Notes: generated from the sequence alone by a model not told the origin. A stretch of DNA of 56,398 nt from Octopus sinensis (GCF_006345805.1 NW_021833680.1:1-56398); one strand, 5' to 3'. Numbered from the stretch's first letter, positions 1-14,935 are shown. Program-made: numbers and translations.

Positions 1-574
1 TACAACACAACACGTGTGTGTGTGTGTGTATATACTCACGTGTGCACTGTAAATGCGCGTGTTTGTGCTTATATAAATCCACAGCAATACATCAGATCAC
101 ACTTATACATACATCCATCCATACATACATACATGTTTGTGTATGCATACATTCTATGCATATGTATAAAAGCTAATGTGATATACGTGTAAGAATATAA
201 ATGCAAAACATATGTGGAAATACGACTATTAATATCAAATATCAATGTTTATGCCTAGTTTCTATCGGTTTTATTTAGCGTCGTGCAATCTTCAGTAACG
301 TAAAGGATTTCGATATTTAAATCTGTTATGAATGTATTTACATGTTCCATTCGTTTTGTTCTATATTATCAAATGGTTTAGTCTGTTCCATTTATATTGC
401 CCTGTGAAGAATTTTTATTTCTAAGGAAGCTTTCTTAGGGGAAACATAGAAACACAAGATGCAGAGCATTTCAGTTTAAAGACAACTTAAAGTGATCAGC
501 GAGCAGATAACACTGTATACTGAAGCGATCCGGCCCTAGCGTTCCATGCTGTTAACTTTACGATTTATCTCTGC

Positions 575-752
575 CTTCATTCCGTCACTGGACTGCGGCC
601 GTGCTGGAGCACCGCTTTTGGTGTTTAATCGACCAAACCGAACCAGTACTTATTTTTTCTTAAGTCTGGTACTTGTTCTCTCGTTTAATTTTGCCGAACC
701 GCTAGGTTACGGGAAAGTAAATAAATCAACGTCGGTTGCCAAGAGGTGGTGA
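575..752 (-). mobile_element. SINE 3' half (octopus-type SINE tail)
   Basis: Reverse complement reads ...CTTAGCGGTTCGGC-like...GCGGTGCTCCAGCACGGCCGCAGTCCAGTGAC, homologous to the + strand SINE tail at 47630-47815. Confidence 0.75.
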
Positions 753-1676
753 GTAGAAAGGTTTATTATAAGTAGGAGGAGGAGGAGGGCAGTGAAGGCA
801 GCGAAAGGAAAATTAAAAATGGACAAAAATTGTGCCACCAGCTCTTTTTCTGTTCCTTTTTTTTGAGTGGAAGTTACGGTTTAGAAATGAACTTGGAAGA
901 ATTCAAAATCCTTTGCGTCCTGAATGCTAATTCTCCAACAATTTTGTTTCATTGATTTTTATATTGTTTCCGTCTGGAAGAGATGTCCGTGGTTCATAAC
1001 CTTCGTTGAGACTCTGGAACATAACCCTACTTCTCTCTTTCCACTCCTTCACGTTCTCCCTTTCCCGTTCGGTCTCTCCTCCTCTGCCTGTCTGGCTGTC
1101 TGTCTCTCTTTTTCACCCCTTAACACACTCATGGAGTCGTGAAGACGTGCAAAGAGTTCCTTGCAGAAAAACATTTCAAACGTGGCCCCCACATCTCTCT
1201 TTCCAAACCCCACTCGCCCTCTCGCGCTCTCTATTTCTCTCTCCTTCTCTTTCTGTCTCTGTCTCTCTCCCTCTCACTCACCCCTACACACACACTCACA
1301 GACTAGTGAAGTAAAGCAATGAGTTCCTCACAGTAAACTACATTCCAACCAAACGTGATCCCACCATCTTTGTATGGGTAGCCTAGACAGTATTTTACTA
1401 AGACATACATTCTATACTGGAAACGACAGGGTGCTATTTGAAGGTAGCATGGCTGCTTTTTCTAGAAAGTCGAGGGTCTCTCTCAAGGCCTCTTCAATGA
1501 TTGGAGTAAACCATATATTCTCTATTGGACACCAAATGTGGAGGACAGGGTTCGATATTCGATATAGCTCTCAAGTGTTCGACCTAGTAGCACGCAAAAC
1601 GCACATATATATCTATGTATGTATATTTATACATACATACATACATAAATGCATACATACATGCACATACATACAT

Positions 1677-1709
<33 letters not shown>

Positions 1710-2596
1710 ATATATATATTATATATATACTATATATATATATATATATGTGTGTGTGTTGTGGTGGGTGTGTGTGTGTGTGTATATATATATATATGTA
1801 TGAATGTATGTATTATGTATAGAATAAAAAACTTATGGTTTTCCTAATTCAATAGCCAAATATAGAAATAACAATAATTCATTGGCCTTTGCTGGTGATG
1901 TATATACAAATATATACGTGCATATCAATAGACATGTATCTCTGCATGTATAAGTATGTATGTGTATATGATTACAAATGCACATACACATATATTATAT
2001 GTCTATATATGCATTGCGTACAAAAACATACACACACGCACACACACACTCATATGCATATATATACATATATATATGTATATATATATTAGTATATACT
2101 TATGTATATACATATATACAATTACATATATTAATTTATATATTCGTATATATAACATGTAAGTCTATATGCCCATGTGCGTGCGTGTATTATATATATG
2201 GCAAATACTAAAAAGTTTTAGATATATACATGCATACATACATACATATATGGTTATATACGTGTGTGTATATTTGTATATATATATATGTGCATATATA
2301 TACGTATGTATATAGGTATATGACATATGTACGTATATATACATTAATGAATATATATGTGCAAATATACGTGTACGTATGTATGTTTGTATGTATATAT
2401 GTAAGTATGCATGTATGTGTGTGTGTACACATACATATACACACATCTATACATAGATGTATATGCATACACACACACACGCTTGCACTTACACAAACAG
2501 CCATTTTTCGTTCTGTTTCATGCTTAAGTGAATTGCTTTTTTTATGGTTTATTTACCTTTATTGGAACGCCTGTAGCTATCCTTCACTTTTGTTGT

Positions 2597-2613
2597 TGTT
2601 ATTATTATTATTA

Positions 2614-2665
<52 letters not shown>
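2597..2665. repeat. (TTA)n microsatellite
   Basis: Directly visible perfect trinucleotide run. Confidence 0.95.
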
Positions 2666-2769
2666 GATATTGATATTATCATTATTATTTGGAACGTGTA
2701 ATGTCCCCTCATCCATCGCCCTTGTGGCAATAAAAGAAAAGAATATGGTTGTTGTTATTATTTTTAATA

Positions 2770-2801
<32 letters not shown>

Positions 2802-3408
2802 TGCAGACATATAGCTTTTATATCATTTTTTAACAATAATACGTGTATTTTTTTCATCTGTTACATTCTACCGTTTTTTTCTATTTCGTTCTCATAAAAA
2901 CCTAATATTTTAACCTCGTTTCGTTGTTGCAATTTCACCAGGCAGCGCCATATTGTCTTGCATTCATCTCACCAACGAAGCAAATGTGTAAATATTAACA
3001 TACACATACATTGCGCATGACACGCATGCGTATAGGCACACCAGTAAAACCTTATCTGTGTTTGAGCACGCGTGCGTGTTTGCACACATACATACATACA
3101 TACATACATTCATATATATATACATATATGTGTGTATATATATATATGTGTGTGCGTATATATATATATATGACTACACATGTATATACACAATATGGCA
3201 ATGTATTACTTCTCTCGCTCTATCGTACGTATGTGTTCATACACGTTGATACTTAAATGTATGCAAAAAAAAATTTCTATCTCTTAATAATATATGTATG
3301 GCGACACGACGACACACACCACGAAGACACGTACACACATACATAAAAGCACACACACACACAGACAGACATACATACGTGTGTATGTTCACACACACAC
3401 ACACACAC

Positions 3409-3429
<21 letters not shown>

Positions 3430-3439
<10 letters not shown>

Positions 3440-3557
3440 GGATAGAGAAATAGAGAAATATGTATATATAAAGATAGATAGATAGGTATGTAGATAGATA
3501 AATAGATAGATAGACAGATAAACAGATAGGTAGATAGATAGATAAACAGACAGACAT

Positions 3558-3626
<69 letters not shown>

Positions 3627-3631
3627 CAGAG

Positions 3632-3729
<98 letters not shown>

Positions 3730-3826
3730 GTATATAGATAGATATACAGACAGATAAATAGATAGGTGGGTAGGTAGGTTGATAGATAGATAGATAAACA
3801 GACAGACATATAGATAGACAGACAGG

Positions 3827-3893
<67 letters not shown>

Positions 3894-3919
3894 ACAGACA
3901 GACATATAGATAGACAGAC

Positions 3920-3961
<42 letters not shown>

Positions 3962-3973
3962 ACAGACAGACAT

Positions 3974-4009
<36 letters not shown>

Positions 4010-4075
4010 AAAGACAGACATATAGATAGACAGACAGATATATAGATAGATAAATAGATAGATAGATAGATAGAT
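3430..4075. repeat. (GATA)n/(GACA)n compound microsatellite
   Basis: Directly visible; source of the spurious YLSI-repeat ORFs. Confidence 0.95.
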
Positions 4076-4463
4076 AATATGCACTTGTAATATATGTATT
4101 TATATATGTCTATATACATGTATGTATAATATACACGAATCTATGTAGGCGTGCAAACGAACCTGTACAAACATCTGTTTCATATAAATGCATATTGATA
4201 TGCCTATCCGTAAACATAACGAAACTCTTTGAGATGCATTTGGTATTTGAGGAAAAGACCTGAAACGTGATACAAAATATCGAGACCGCAGAAAATGGAG
4301 TACACAACTGTAGGTGGGTGAGGGGATTCGTATGTATATAAATTATAATATACATACATATCTTATATGAATCTAATATATGATATAATTATATATATAT
4401 AATATGTATATATTGCATCTATATATATAATATATATATTATATATACATACATACATACAAC

Positions 4464-4511
<48 letters not shown>

Positions 4512-4613
4512 ATATATATATATATAAATATCTATATATACATACATACATGCATACATGCATACATGCATACATTCTACATACATACATACATACATAC
4601 ATACATACATACA

Positions 4614-4645
<32 letters not shown>

Positions 4646-5087
4646 AATGTATTACAGATATATATATATCAAACATATTAATTCACATTCGGAATACAAG
4701 GGTTATACGAGAGTATGCACTCAACCATACCAGTAGATATTGACATGAGGATGCCCTATGTACACTACGTACATTACGTGTTTATGGTTGGGTGTATATG
4801 TGGGTGGTAGGGTGGGTGTCTATGTCGTCGTTGTATATGCAGGCCCTGATATATTCTGACATATTAAATAGGAAATGCAACTGTCATGAAATTATACACT
4901 CGCGGGCATTAATATATATAAATATACACACATACACTCTCTCTCTCACACATACACGAATAAATGCTGCCTGTACGTATGTGCGCGTATGTTTAGTCAT
5001 ATGTATTCACAACGGAATATATACATATCATGTATTCATGTATGTCTGTACTTACGTATATATAAGTGTATGTGTGTGCATATATAC

Positions 5088-5118
<31 letters not shown>

Positions 5119-5166
5119 ATATTATATATATATAGAGAGGAGAGAGAAGAGAGAGAGAGAGAGAGA

Positions 5167-5530
5167 GTAGCAGAGATACCCGGCGTTGCCCGTGTTATGC
5201 AATTGAAGAATTAGACTTTTCTGTTATATTTTCTGTAATGAATTGGAATATCTGTTCGAATTTCATCAAAATTGCAGATGAGGGTTATTTTTCTCTTTAC
5301 ACACCCTAAAGAAATTGTAATTGTGCCACATGTATCCCATACTATTAATTTTTATGCGCATATTCCAAAATTCCAGTCTTATTGAACCTGTTAAAAGGAT
5401 TTTGCTCCTGAAAAATGAAGGTCATAGAGCTCTAAAATGTGAGAGTTAAGGCCCCTGTTGGGGGGTGGGTGTCTTAATGTCAACCAGAGAAGTTGAATTG
5501 TTGAGAATCTTTTTAATTTGGGTCTTATAT
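5167..5530 (+). mobile_element. Possible non-autonomous Helitron/Helentron-like repeat
   Basis: Begins AGTAGCAGAGATACCCGGCGTTGCCCG, resembling the (T)ACTAGC...CCCGGCGTTGCCCG starts I recall for non-autonomous rolling-circle elements. There is no second copy in the window and the end is uncertain. Confidence 0.25.
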
Positions 5531-6466
5531 CTACTGTTTGAATTTCTTTGAAATAGGAAATATATGTTCACTGGGTTTGTAAAACAGAGCAAAGCTACAG
5601 GAAACCAAAATACGAATGATCACAATAACCAGTCACCTACCCTACCCTAGTCATTACTAATCCCAATGTAGGATTCCTCACCATATAGGTGCCAGGCTCA
5701 GCCGTAAGATGCATTACGAATCTATAGCAATCGGAAGGGCGTGACCCAACTGAAATAAACATTAACAACTGTGTGACGTGAGGGATAAGGAGAAATGAAA
5801 GTTTCACCTCTGGAGTTTGCAAATGACCACTATACTAATACGTAACTGGACAGAATAAATTTACAATCTATAAATGTCTTTTAATAACCAGTCACTCATC
5901 TGGGAAGGCCTTGACATCAATGTTACCATCTGGGGACTATGTGTGACCCAGTGATAATAAAAAGACTCAAAGGAGATCTGCAATCAAATAACTTTACTCA
6001 ACACTTTGCAACTGAATCAGTGGAGGCAAAGATGCCTCTCATTTCCTTGACAATTTATGCACCACATTGCAGAAATCACAATGTAAGTGTATGCCAAAGC
6101 AAACTATTACAGTACTGTACCATTGAATTACAAATAATGCTCATCTTTTATATAGCCACTTATATATGTGCGTGTGTGTATTTTGTGTGTGTGTGTATGT
6201 GTGTGTTTCTATGTTTATAAAGATATATATATAAATGAATATACTACCTGCATTAGAAAGTATACACACTTCACACATGCATAAACACAGACACATACAC
6301 TCACACACGTACGCACACACACATACATACATACAGACACACGCACAAAAGTTCCTTCATCAGACTGCTACGTATACGCCAATATAGATATTACATACAT
6401 ACATACATAATTTCATACACATATACTCACACATACACGCACTATACATTCAGCTGTTTGTGGACT

Positions 6467-6543
6467 CAGACAGACAAACAAACGGACAGACAGACAAGCA
6501 AACAGACAGGTAGATAGACTGATAGATGGATAAACAGACAGGC

Positions 6544-6621
<78 letters not shown>

Positions 6622-6641
6622 CCAGACAGACAGACAGACAT

Positions 6642-6702
<61 letters not shown>

Positions 6703-6763
6703 GACAGATAGATAGATAGAGATAGATAGGTAGATAGACAGACAGACAGACAGACAGAGAGAC

Positions 6764-6845
<82 letters not shown>

Positions 6846-6875
6846 ATAGACAGATACATTGATTGATTGATAGAT
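6467..6875. repeat. (GACA)n/(GATA)n compound microsatellite
   Basis: Directly visible. Confidence 0.95.
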
Positions 6876-7095
6876 ATTTTGTCGTGGTGTAACAAGTTCA
6901 AAATGTACCTATGTCTGGCCACTTAGGAGAAATTACAGAAAGATAAGTTTGAGAGTGAATAAAAATATCTTTAGTCCGACAAAATATAACCTGTTTCGCC
7001 TATGGTTCATCGAGAACCAAGGAAGAAAATTTTTGGAAGAGCTAATTAATAATGTAAGCATAAGAAGGAAAGAAGAAAAAGGAACAAGAAAAATC

Positions 7096-7793
<698 letters not shown>

Positions 7794-10656
7794 AGGAGTC
7801 ATGGAGGTGTTGCTATGTACATCCGTGAGGACCTCACACCCCAGGTCCTCTTGTCATACTCAAACTCGGTGTGTGACACACTAATTGTACATATTAGGCA
7901 ACTTGATGTAGTTGTGTGTGCTACATATCGCCCTCCAGATGCCCCAAGCCATGTGGGCAAGTTTGAAAACTGCCTTATAAAAATAGAAGAAATTCTAACC
8001 ACATTAGAACAACACATAGGTGTGCTTCTTATGGGAGACTTCAATCTGCCCAATGTCAGTTGGCCCGAGGGCCTTTCTCTCCCAGGAATGACAAGATGTG
8101 AACGAGGACAGGCGAGGTCCCTCCTGAACCTCATCAACACCCTGTACATGGAGCAGGTAATACTCCAACCAACCAGGGCAGGTAATACACTGGATCTCTG
8201 CTTCACAAATGACATGGATCTCATCCATAATGTGAAAGTGACACCGACACTACTCTCGGATCACAACATGATAGAGCTGACCATGTACGGGCCAAAAGAG
8301 AGCACGGACATGCAGCCTACAAGAAACCCTCAAAATCTTTCCAGCTTGAACTACCATAAGGCAAACTGGAAACAAATTGAGAAAGAGATCCTCAAACAAA
8401 ACTGGCCTAAATGTCTCTCCTCGCCAGACATCGACGTGAAACTTCAACAATTCATGTCTGTAATGCAAGCCATATGCTACAAATGTGTCCCAGAGAGAAA
8501 GGCCACTGTACACAAGAACAAAATCCCCAGAGAGAGGAAAATTTTAATGAGACGGCGTACGAAATTTTCAAATCGCCTAAACAAACAGATTGAAAGCAGT
8601 GAAAAGTCCCGCCTAAAAATAAAACTGTTGGAAATCGAAAAATGTCTGCAACTCTCCCATGAAAAAGAAAGAGCAGACAAAGAAGCCTGGGCTATAGAAA
8701 ACATAAAATCTAACCCCAGAGCTTTCTACAGGTATGCCAAAGAAACAGCTACAGTGCACTGTAGAATAGGGCCACTCCTCGAAAAACATGGCACACTTAC
8801 AGGAAAACCAATGAGGGTAAGTGAAATACTGAATGAGCAATTCAAGAGTGTTTTCACTCCACCCCTTGGGCATCTCCAAATCACCAATCCAACTGACTTT
8901 TTTACCACTGCAGATATAAAATCAGAGGCGGCGACGATAGATTACATCGATATAAAGGAAGACGATGTAACCAAGGCTATAGATGAAATGAAAACAGACT
9001 CAGCTACTGGCCCCGATGGATTCCCGGCAATCCTCCTAAAAGCATGTAAGAGAGTCCTAGCAAGACCACTGCAGTTCCTCTTTCAGAGCTTCCTTGCAGC
9101 TGGCAAACTCCCAGGAAAACTGAAGGAAGGTAAAATATGCCCCATTCATAAAGGAGGTAGCAGAGCGGAAGCCAAGAACTATAGACCTATCTCTCTGACC
9201 TCACACATCAGCAAGGTCATGGAACGAATAGTCAGAAGGAAGCTGATCACCTTCCTTGAAGAGAATGACTTGCTGCCCGACACCCAACATGGTTTCCGAC
9301 CAGGGAGAAGCTGTTTAACTCAGCTCCTACAACACTATGACTGGGTGCTGAAACGGCTGCTCAACCACTCAAATGTGGAAGTGATATATCTCGACTTTGC
9401 AAAGGCCTTTGATAAAGTCGATCATGGAATGATATGTCACAAACTGCGTGATCTCAACATAGTTGGAAAACTGGGAGAATGGCTTCATGACTTTCTGAAG
9501 GATAGAAGTCAGGTGGTAGTAGCCAATGGGGCCACCTCCATTAACACACAAATAGTGAGCGGTGTTCCGCAGGGCACTGTTCTGGGACCACTACTGTTCA
9601 TATTGCCCTCTCAGACATGCCCTCAGCCACGCAGAGAGCCACGATCACAAGTTATGCAGATGATACAAAAGTTTCACAGGCAATACAGAACCCTGAGGAC
9701 ACTAAACACCTGCAATGTGAGCTGGACGAAATATACAAGTGGGCTGAAAAGAATAGCATGCAGTTCAATGCTGGAAAGTTTCAAGCTTTATACTATCAGC
9801 ATGCAAAACTGAATGCAATACCCAATGAATACACTGGACCCGGAGGGATTGCAATCCCAGAGGCACAATCAGTGCGTGACCTGGTATTCACATGAGTGAT
9901 GACGCGACCTTTCATGTACATGTTGCTAAACTGACAATGAAATGTAGACGGCTGACTGGATGGATTCTTAGAACCTTTAGAACAAGAGAACAAAAAACCA
10001 TGATGGTCCTCTGGAAGACACTTGTCCTAAGCCACTTTGACTATTGCTCTCAGCTATGGTCACCATCCAGTGTCAAGTTGATCACAGAACTTGAGGCGAT
10101 CCAACGAAGCTACACAAAGAAGATAGCCTCTATGCAGAATGTAAGCTACTGGGAAAGACTCAAGAGATTAAAATTATATTCCCTGGAGCGTAGGCGGGAA
10201 AGATATGCCATAATATACATCTGGAAGATCCTGGAGGGAAGTGTCCTGAACTTTGGCATCGAGAGTTACGCAAATGCCAGAACTGGGCGCCACTGCGTGG
10301 TGCCTAGGAGTCCAGACCTGCCATCAAGATGTAGGACAAGATTCTGTGATAGCCTGGGCTTCCGAGGCCCACAGCTCTTCAATATCCCCCCAAAGAACCT
10401 GAGAGACCTGCATGGGGTGGATACAGATGTCTTTAAAATGAAGCTGGATCTCTTCCTGTCAGGTGTCCCAGATGAACCAACTTCACGGCAGGAGGGGCAG
10501 ATGAGGGCAGCTGCATCGAACTCTCTCATGCACCAAATAACAGTTGCTAGAAAGCCTCCATGAAGTGAAACCAAGTAGCAACACCAAATGGCGGTGCCCC
10601 AGCATGGCCACAGCTCATAAGCTGAAACTAGAATCAATCAATCAATCAATCAATCA
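7794..10656 (+). mobile_element. 5'-truncated CR1-group LINE (APE endonuclease + reverse transcriptase) with (AATC)n tail
   Basis: Starts mid-endonuclease ([24 protein letters not shown]). RT motifs: YRPISLTS, QHGFRPGRSC, YLDFAKAFDKV, SGVPQGTVLGPLLF, YADD. C-terminal LKLYSLERRRER motif is typical of CR1-group elements. Short 3' UTR ends in (AATC)n at 10632-10656. Confidence 0.93.
7815..10563 (+). pseudogene. LINE ORF2 (EN-RT) split by two -1 frameshifts
   Basis: ORFs 7815-9812, 9617-9895 and 9892-10563 join into one ORF2 if one base is restored at ~9602 (FII-ALSDMP) and one at ~9883 (DLG-IHMSDD). No in-frame stops otherwise. Confidence 0.9.
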
Positions 10657-11581
<925 letters not shown>

Positions 11582-11630
11582 GAAAAAACAAGTCAAGATA
11601 GAAAATGCTAAAATAATTTTATAAAGAACA

Positions 11631-11675
11631 TTTCAGTACCGGTTTCGGTCATTTTGAGACCTTTTCAACTGTAAC
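11631..11675 (-). ncRNA. Minimal type I hammerhead ribozyme motif (U3-A8 core variant)
   Basis: Minus strand GTTACAG-TTGAAAA-GGTC-TCAAAAT-GACC-GAAA-CCGG-TA-CTGAAA: stem I CAG/CTG, stem II GGTC/GACC, palindromic stem III ACCGGT, GUA triplet. Lies at the PLE 3' end where hammerheads are known to occur. Confidence 0.75.
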
Positions 11676-12022
11676 GATTAAATAATTAAATTTAGAAAAA
11701 TTAAAAGAAAAGTTTTTTTAAAGTAATATTTGTATAGTGTTCAAATATAAGTGGCATTCTGCCTTTCTCTGTCTCCCTTGTTTGCACTTGTGTGTTCGAG
11801 GTCGTTGTGAATTCTTGGTAGGGTAGAAGAAGAAGGTTGATGAGGAGAGGGGGTGGAAAAATTTGGGAGTGCCTTGATGGTCGTATTTTGAATGGTCAGT
11901 TACGGCTAGCAGTTGCAGTTCAATTCAGGAGAATATTTCTATTGAAAGGTTTGTTTATGGAATTTGCGTAGGTGTTATACTAAAAAGCATTAGTGATAAA
12001 GTTAAGAGGTAGAAGGTGGAGC

Positions 12023-12200
12023 AGAAGAAGAAGAAGAAGAAGAAGAAGAAGAAGAAGAAGAAGAAGAAGAAGAAGAAGAAGAAGAAGATGACGATGTTGA
12101 TGATGATGAAGAAGAAGATGATGATGATGGTGATGATGATGACGACGATGATGATGATAATGATGATGATGAAGAAGAAGAAGACGAAGAAGAAGAAAAA
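12023..12200. repeat. (AAG)n/(ATG)n microsatellite inside PLE 3' region
   Basis: Directly visible. Confidence 0.95.
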
Positions 12201-12358
12201 AGAGAAGGGAGAATATGAATGGGTGAAAGTAGTGAGGTGTTGTATGACTTGAAGTTGGCACGTTATGGATTATAGCTGTGACTGGGGCTGATTTGTAATG
12301 GATTCTTTGGAATGTAATATTTGCGTGTGCATTTCTGTTATTCTAAAGCTGAGGTGTA

Positions 12359-13939
12359 TTAATCGTTTGTCGTAGACCCGTTAAGAAGTGGCCTGTATTT
12401 TGTAATAAAGAGAGTTTCTTTACTTATTCGTTGTCTCGAGGTTGTATCGTCCCTAAATTGGTAGAGGGGGAAAATCCTGAAGCCTGGTGTTTTGTTGTTA
12501 GCGCAAGTATCTATGTGTTGGCTGAAAGTTATTTTTCTGTCTTGGGGAATTTTTATCTGGGATCTGTGCAGGGCCATTCTTTTACGCAAACTATTTTTTG
12601 TTTGGCCTATGTACTGCTCTTGACACCCAGAGCAGGTTAGTGTGTATATCAGGTTCTCCGAAGCACATGTGAAGTTGCTTTTCACTGTAAACCGTTGTCC
12701 CTGTTTGAAGGAGAACTCTGATTTCTCAATTAGATAATCGCATATCCCGCAATTGGGTCTTCCACATTTTTTTACTGTCGGCTTCTATGTTGAAGAGTGT
12801 ATTCGGGCTTGTGTTAGGAGACTTTTCATAGATTTAGGCTGTCTCTTGCTTTTTATGATCGTGTGTGTTTGGAGGATTGTGTTCATTCTGTGGTCTTTTT
12901 TTAGGAGGGGTATGTTGTGGAGGATGGTGCCGAAGGCTTCATTGTTGAGAGGGTTGTGTGTGGAGATGTATGGTAAGGCTTTTGGTCGTAAGTTTTTCTT
13001 TGATTTGGGATGTCTCAGTTCCTGGATGTTAAGTTGAAGCATGTTAAGTTGAATGCACATGTCAATAAGTGAAGGTGGGTAGTTCCTGGTGATAAGGGTA
13101 TCTTTTAATTCTTGTAGTCGTGTGTCTCTGGTGTTTGCATTAGAAACTATAGTGCATATCCTTTTTGCTAGATTGAAGGGGATATTCATCCTGGTGTGTC
13201 TGGGGTGGCATGAATTGAATGGAAGATATTGCTTAGAATCTGTAGGCTTATAATATATGTCTGTTTCTATTACATTATTAGTTTTCTTAATGAGGATATC
13301 GAGGAAGGGGAGTTGTTGCTGGCTATATTCCATCGTGAATTGGATGTTTACGTTCAGTCCGTTTAAAATTTCTTGGAGTTCTTTGAGTTTCTCTATATTT
13401 TCATGCCAAAGAATGAAACAGTCATCTAGATATCTCTTCCAGTTGTTTTCTATGTTGATGGAGAAAGGGCTGCCATATCTTTCTAGAACCTTACGATACA
13501 GACTGATCTCTAGATATCCTATGACTAGGTTGGCAAAGGAGGGGGCCATTCGTGTACCCATCGCAGTCCCCGATTTTTGTCGGTAGAAGTTGTCTTTGAA
13601 GGCGAAGAAGTTATTTTCCAGGATGAATTTAACCCCTTCTGTCACGAATTCTTTTTTGATGCGATGTGGGAGTTCGTTGGCGTGATTCTCTAGCCAGAAT
13701 TGGATTGCCTCTAGTCCTAGGTTGTGGGGGATATTGGAGTAGAGGTTGACTACATCGAAGGATACCAGTATGGTGTTTTTGTTTATAGTATTCGGTAGGT
13801 GATTGAGCATATCCAAGTCGTCCCTTATATAGCTTTTGACATGTTTGAGGAGTGGTTTTAATAGGGTGTCTAAAAAGTTACTGAGGCGGTGGGTTTCGCA
13901 TGCGGGACCTGCTATTATGGGTCTCGAAGGTTGGAGATG
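12359..13939 (-). pseudogene. PLE RT + GIY-YIG endonuclease ORF with a single premature stop
   Basis: ORFs 12785-13816 and 12359-12685 are in the same frame, separated by TAG at 12785-12787 and 33 sense codons (KPTVKKCGRPNCGICDYL...). The frame stays open upstream to ~13940. Confidence 0.9.
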
Positions 13940-14242
13940 ATGTACAAGTATTATATATTAAAAGAAATGAGGTACTCAGAAATTCGGATGGTTTTATATT
14001 TACAGATATTTATTTGTATATAACATGTTTTTATACATCATATAACTTAGATCATATATCAAATATTAGCGCTTTCTCCCATTCTAGTGGGGTTTTCACA
14101 TCGAACTGATACATACATACATATATGTATGTATGTATGCGTGCGCATATATATATATAGTTATAAACATATAATACACTCGTAAGTCATACGTACACAA
14201 AAATATAAAAATGATAGATACATACATACATACATACATACA

Positions 14243-14274
<32 letters not shown>

Positions 14275-14780
14275 CGCTCACGTGTATTTGTGTATCTGTC
14301 CATATGTATGTATGGATTCAGGTATGTATGTATGTATGTATTTATGTATGTATATATGTATGTACCTACGATATTTGCTTCACGTGAAAATCAGGTCAGA
14401 TTGCGAAGATAAGTCAAAATAAATATGTTTACAAGCCTTAATTTATGTCTATACTCTGTTTATATAGCGATTACAATTTCTTATTATCATTACACGCCCC
14501 AATTATATCTTAATTATATTCTCCGTTGAGCATTTGCCTTCGTTTCATAGATAAGATGCAGAGTGCATATTAATAACTATCCACACCGTGCATATGGCGA
14601 TTTATTATCGGCTGCCAGATATCGTCTGCACGTAACAGTAAACAATTTGTTTGCTGAAATTATAAACAAGAGCTTTTGATTTCTTGTTAGATTCATTAGT
14701 TTGGGGTAGGTTTTGTCTGAGAAGCACAGTGATGTCGAAACCAGGGGTTTTCCCAGAGTCCATTGCACTTATGAATCGAG

Positions 14781-14935
14781 TGTGGCGAGCTGGCAGAAAC
14801 GTTAGCACGTCGGGCGAAATGCGTAGCCGTATTTCGTCTGCCGTTACGTTCCGAGTTCAAATTCCGCCGAGGTCGACTTTGCCTTTCATCCTTTCGGGGT
14901 CGATAAATTAAGTACCAGTTACGCACTGGAGTCAA
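14781..14935 (+). mobile_element. tRNA-derived SINE (GGCGAGCTGGCAGAA family), 3'-truncated
   Basis: A-box-like TGGCAGAAACGTTAG and B-box-like GAGTTCAAATTCC. Near-identical copies at 46332 and 47181. Confidence 0.85.

Larger units (their letters stand above)
11582..13940 (-). mobile_element. 5'-truncated Penelope-like retroelement (PLE) with 3' pLTR-like region
   Basis: PLE-type RT (RPIIAGP, VSFDVVNLYSNIP, GTAMGTRMAPSFANL, WKRYLDD, LPFLD, YYKPTD, HPRHT), Cys linker CGRPNCGIC and GIY-YIG domain (NLIY...YIGQT...RMALHR). The 3' noncoding part contains a microsatellite and a hammerhead motif and ends at (TA)n. Confidence 0.93.

Noticed and set aside
1320-1585. Unique stretch with a protein-like minus-strand translation (PIIEEALRETLDFLEKAA)
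   Set aside because: It contains stops and no motif I can assign; it may be an old LINE relic but this is unsupported.
4243-4273. Hammerhead-like GTAT-TTGAGG...CCT-GAAACGTG-ATAC
   Set aside because: The core is shortened and the cleavage position would be G; at best a decayed relic.
5939-6090. Possible host exon ending at a GTAAGT donor (~6083)
   Set aside because: No recognisable protein similarity, no convincing in-frame acceptor and no partner exons.
6985-7018. Hammerhead-like CTCGATGAACCATAGGCGAAACAGGTTA on the minus strand
   Set aside because: The core is altered, stem II is very short and stem I is not convincing, although the flanks look pLTR-like.
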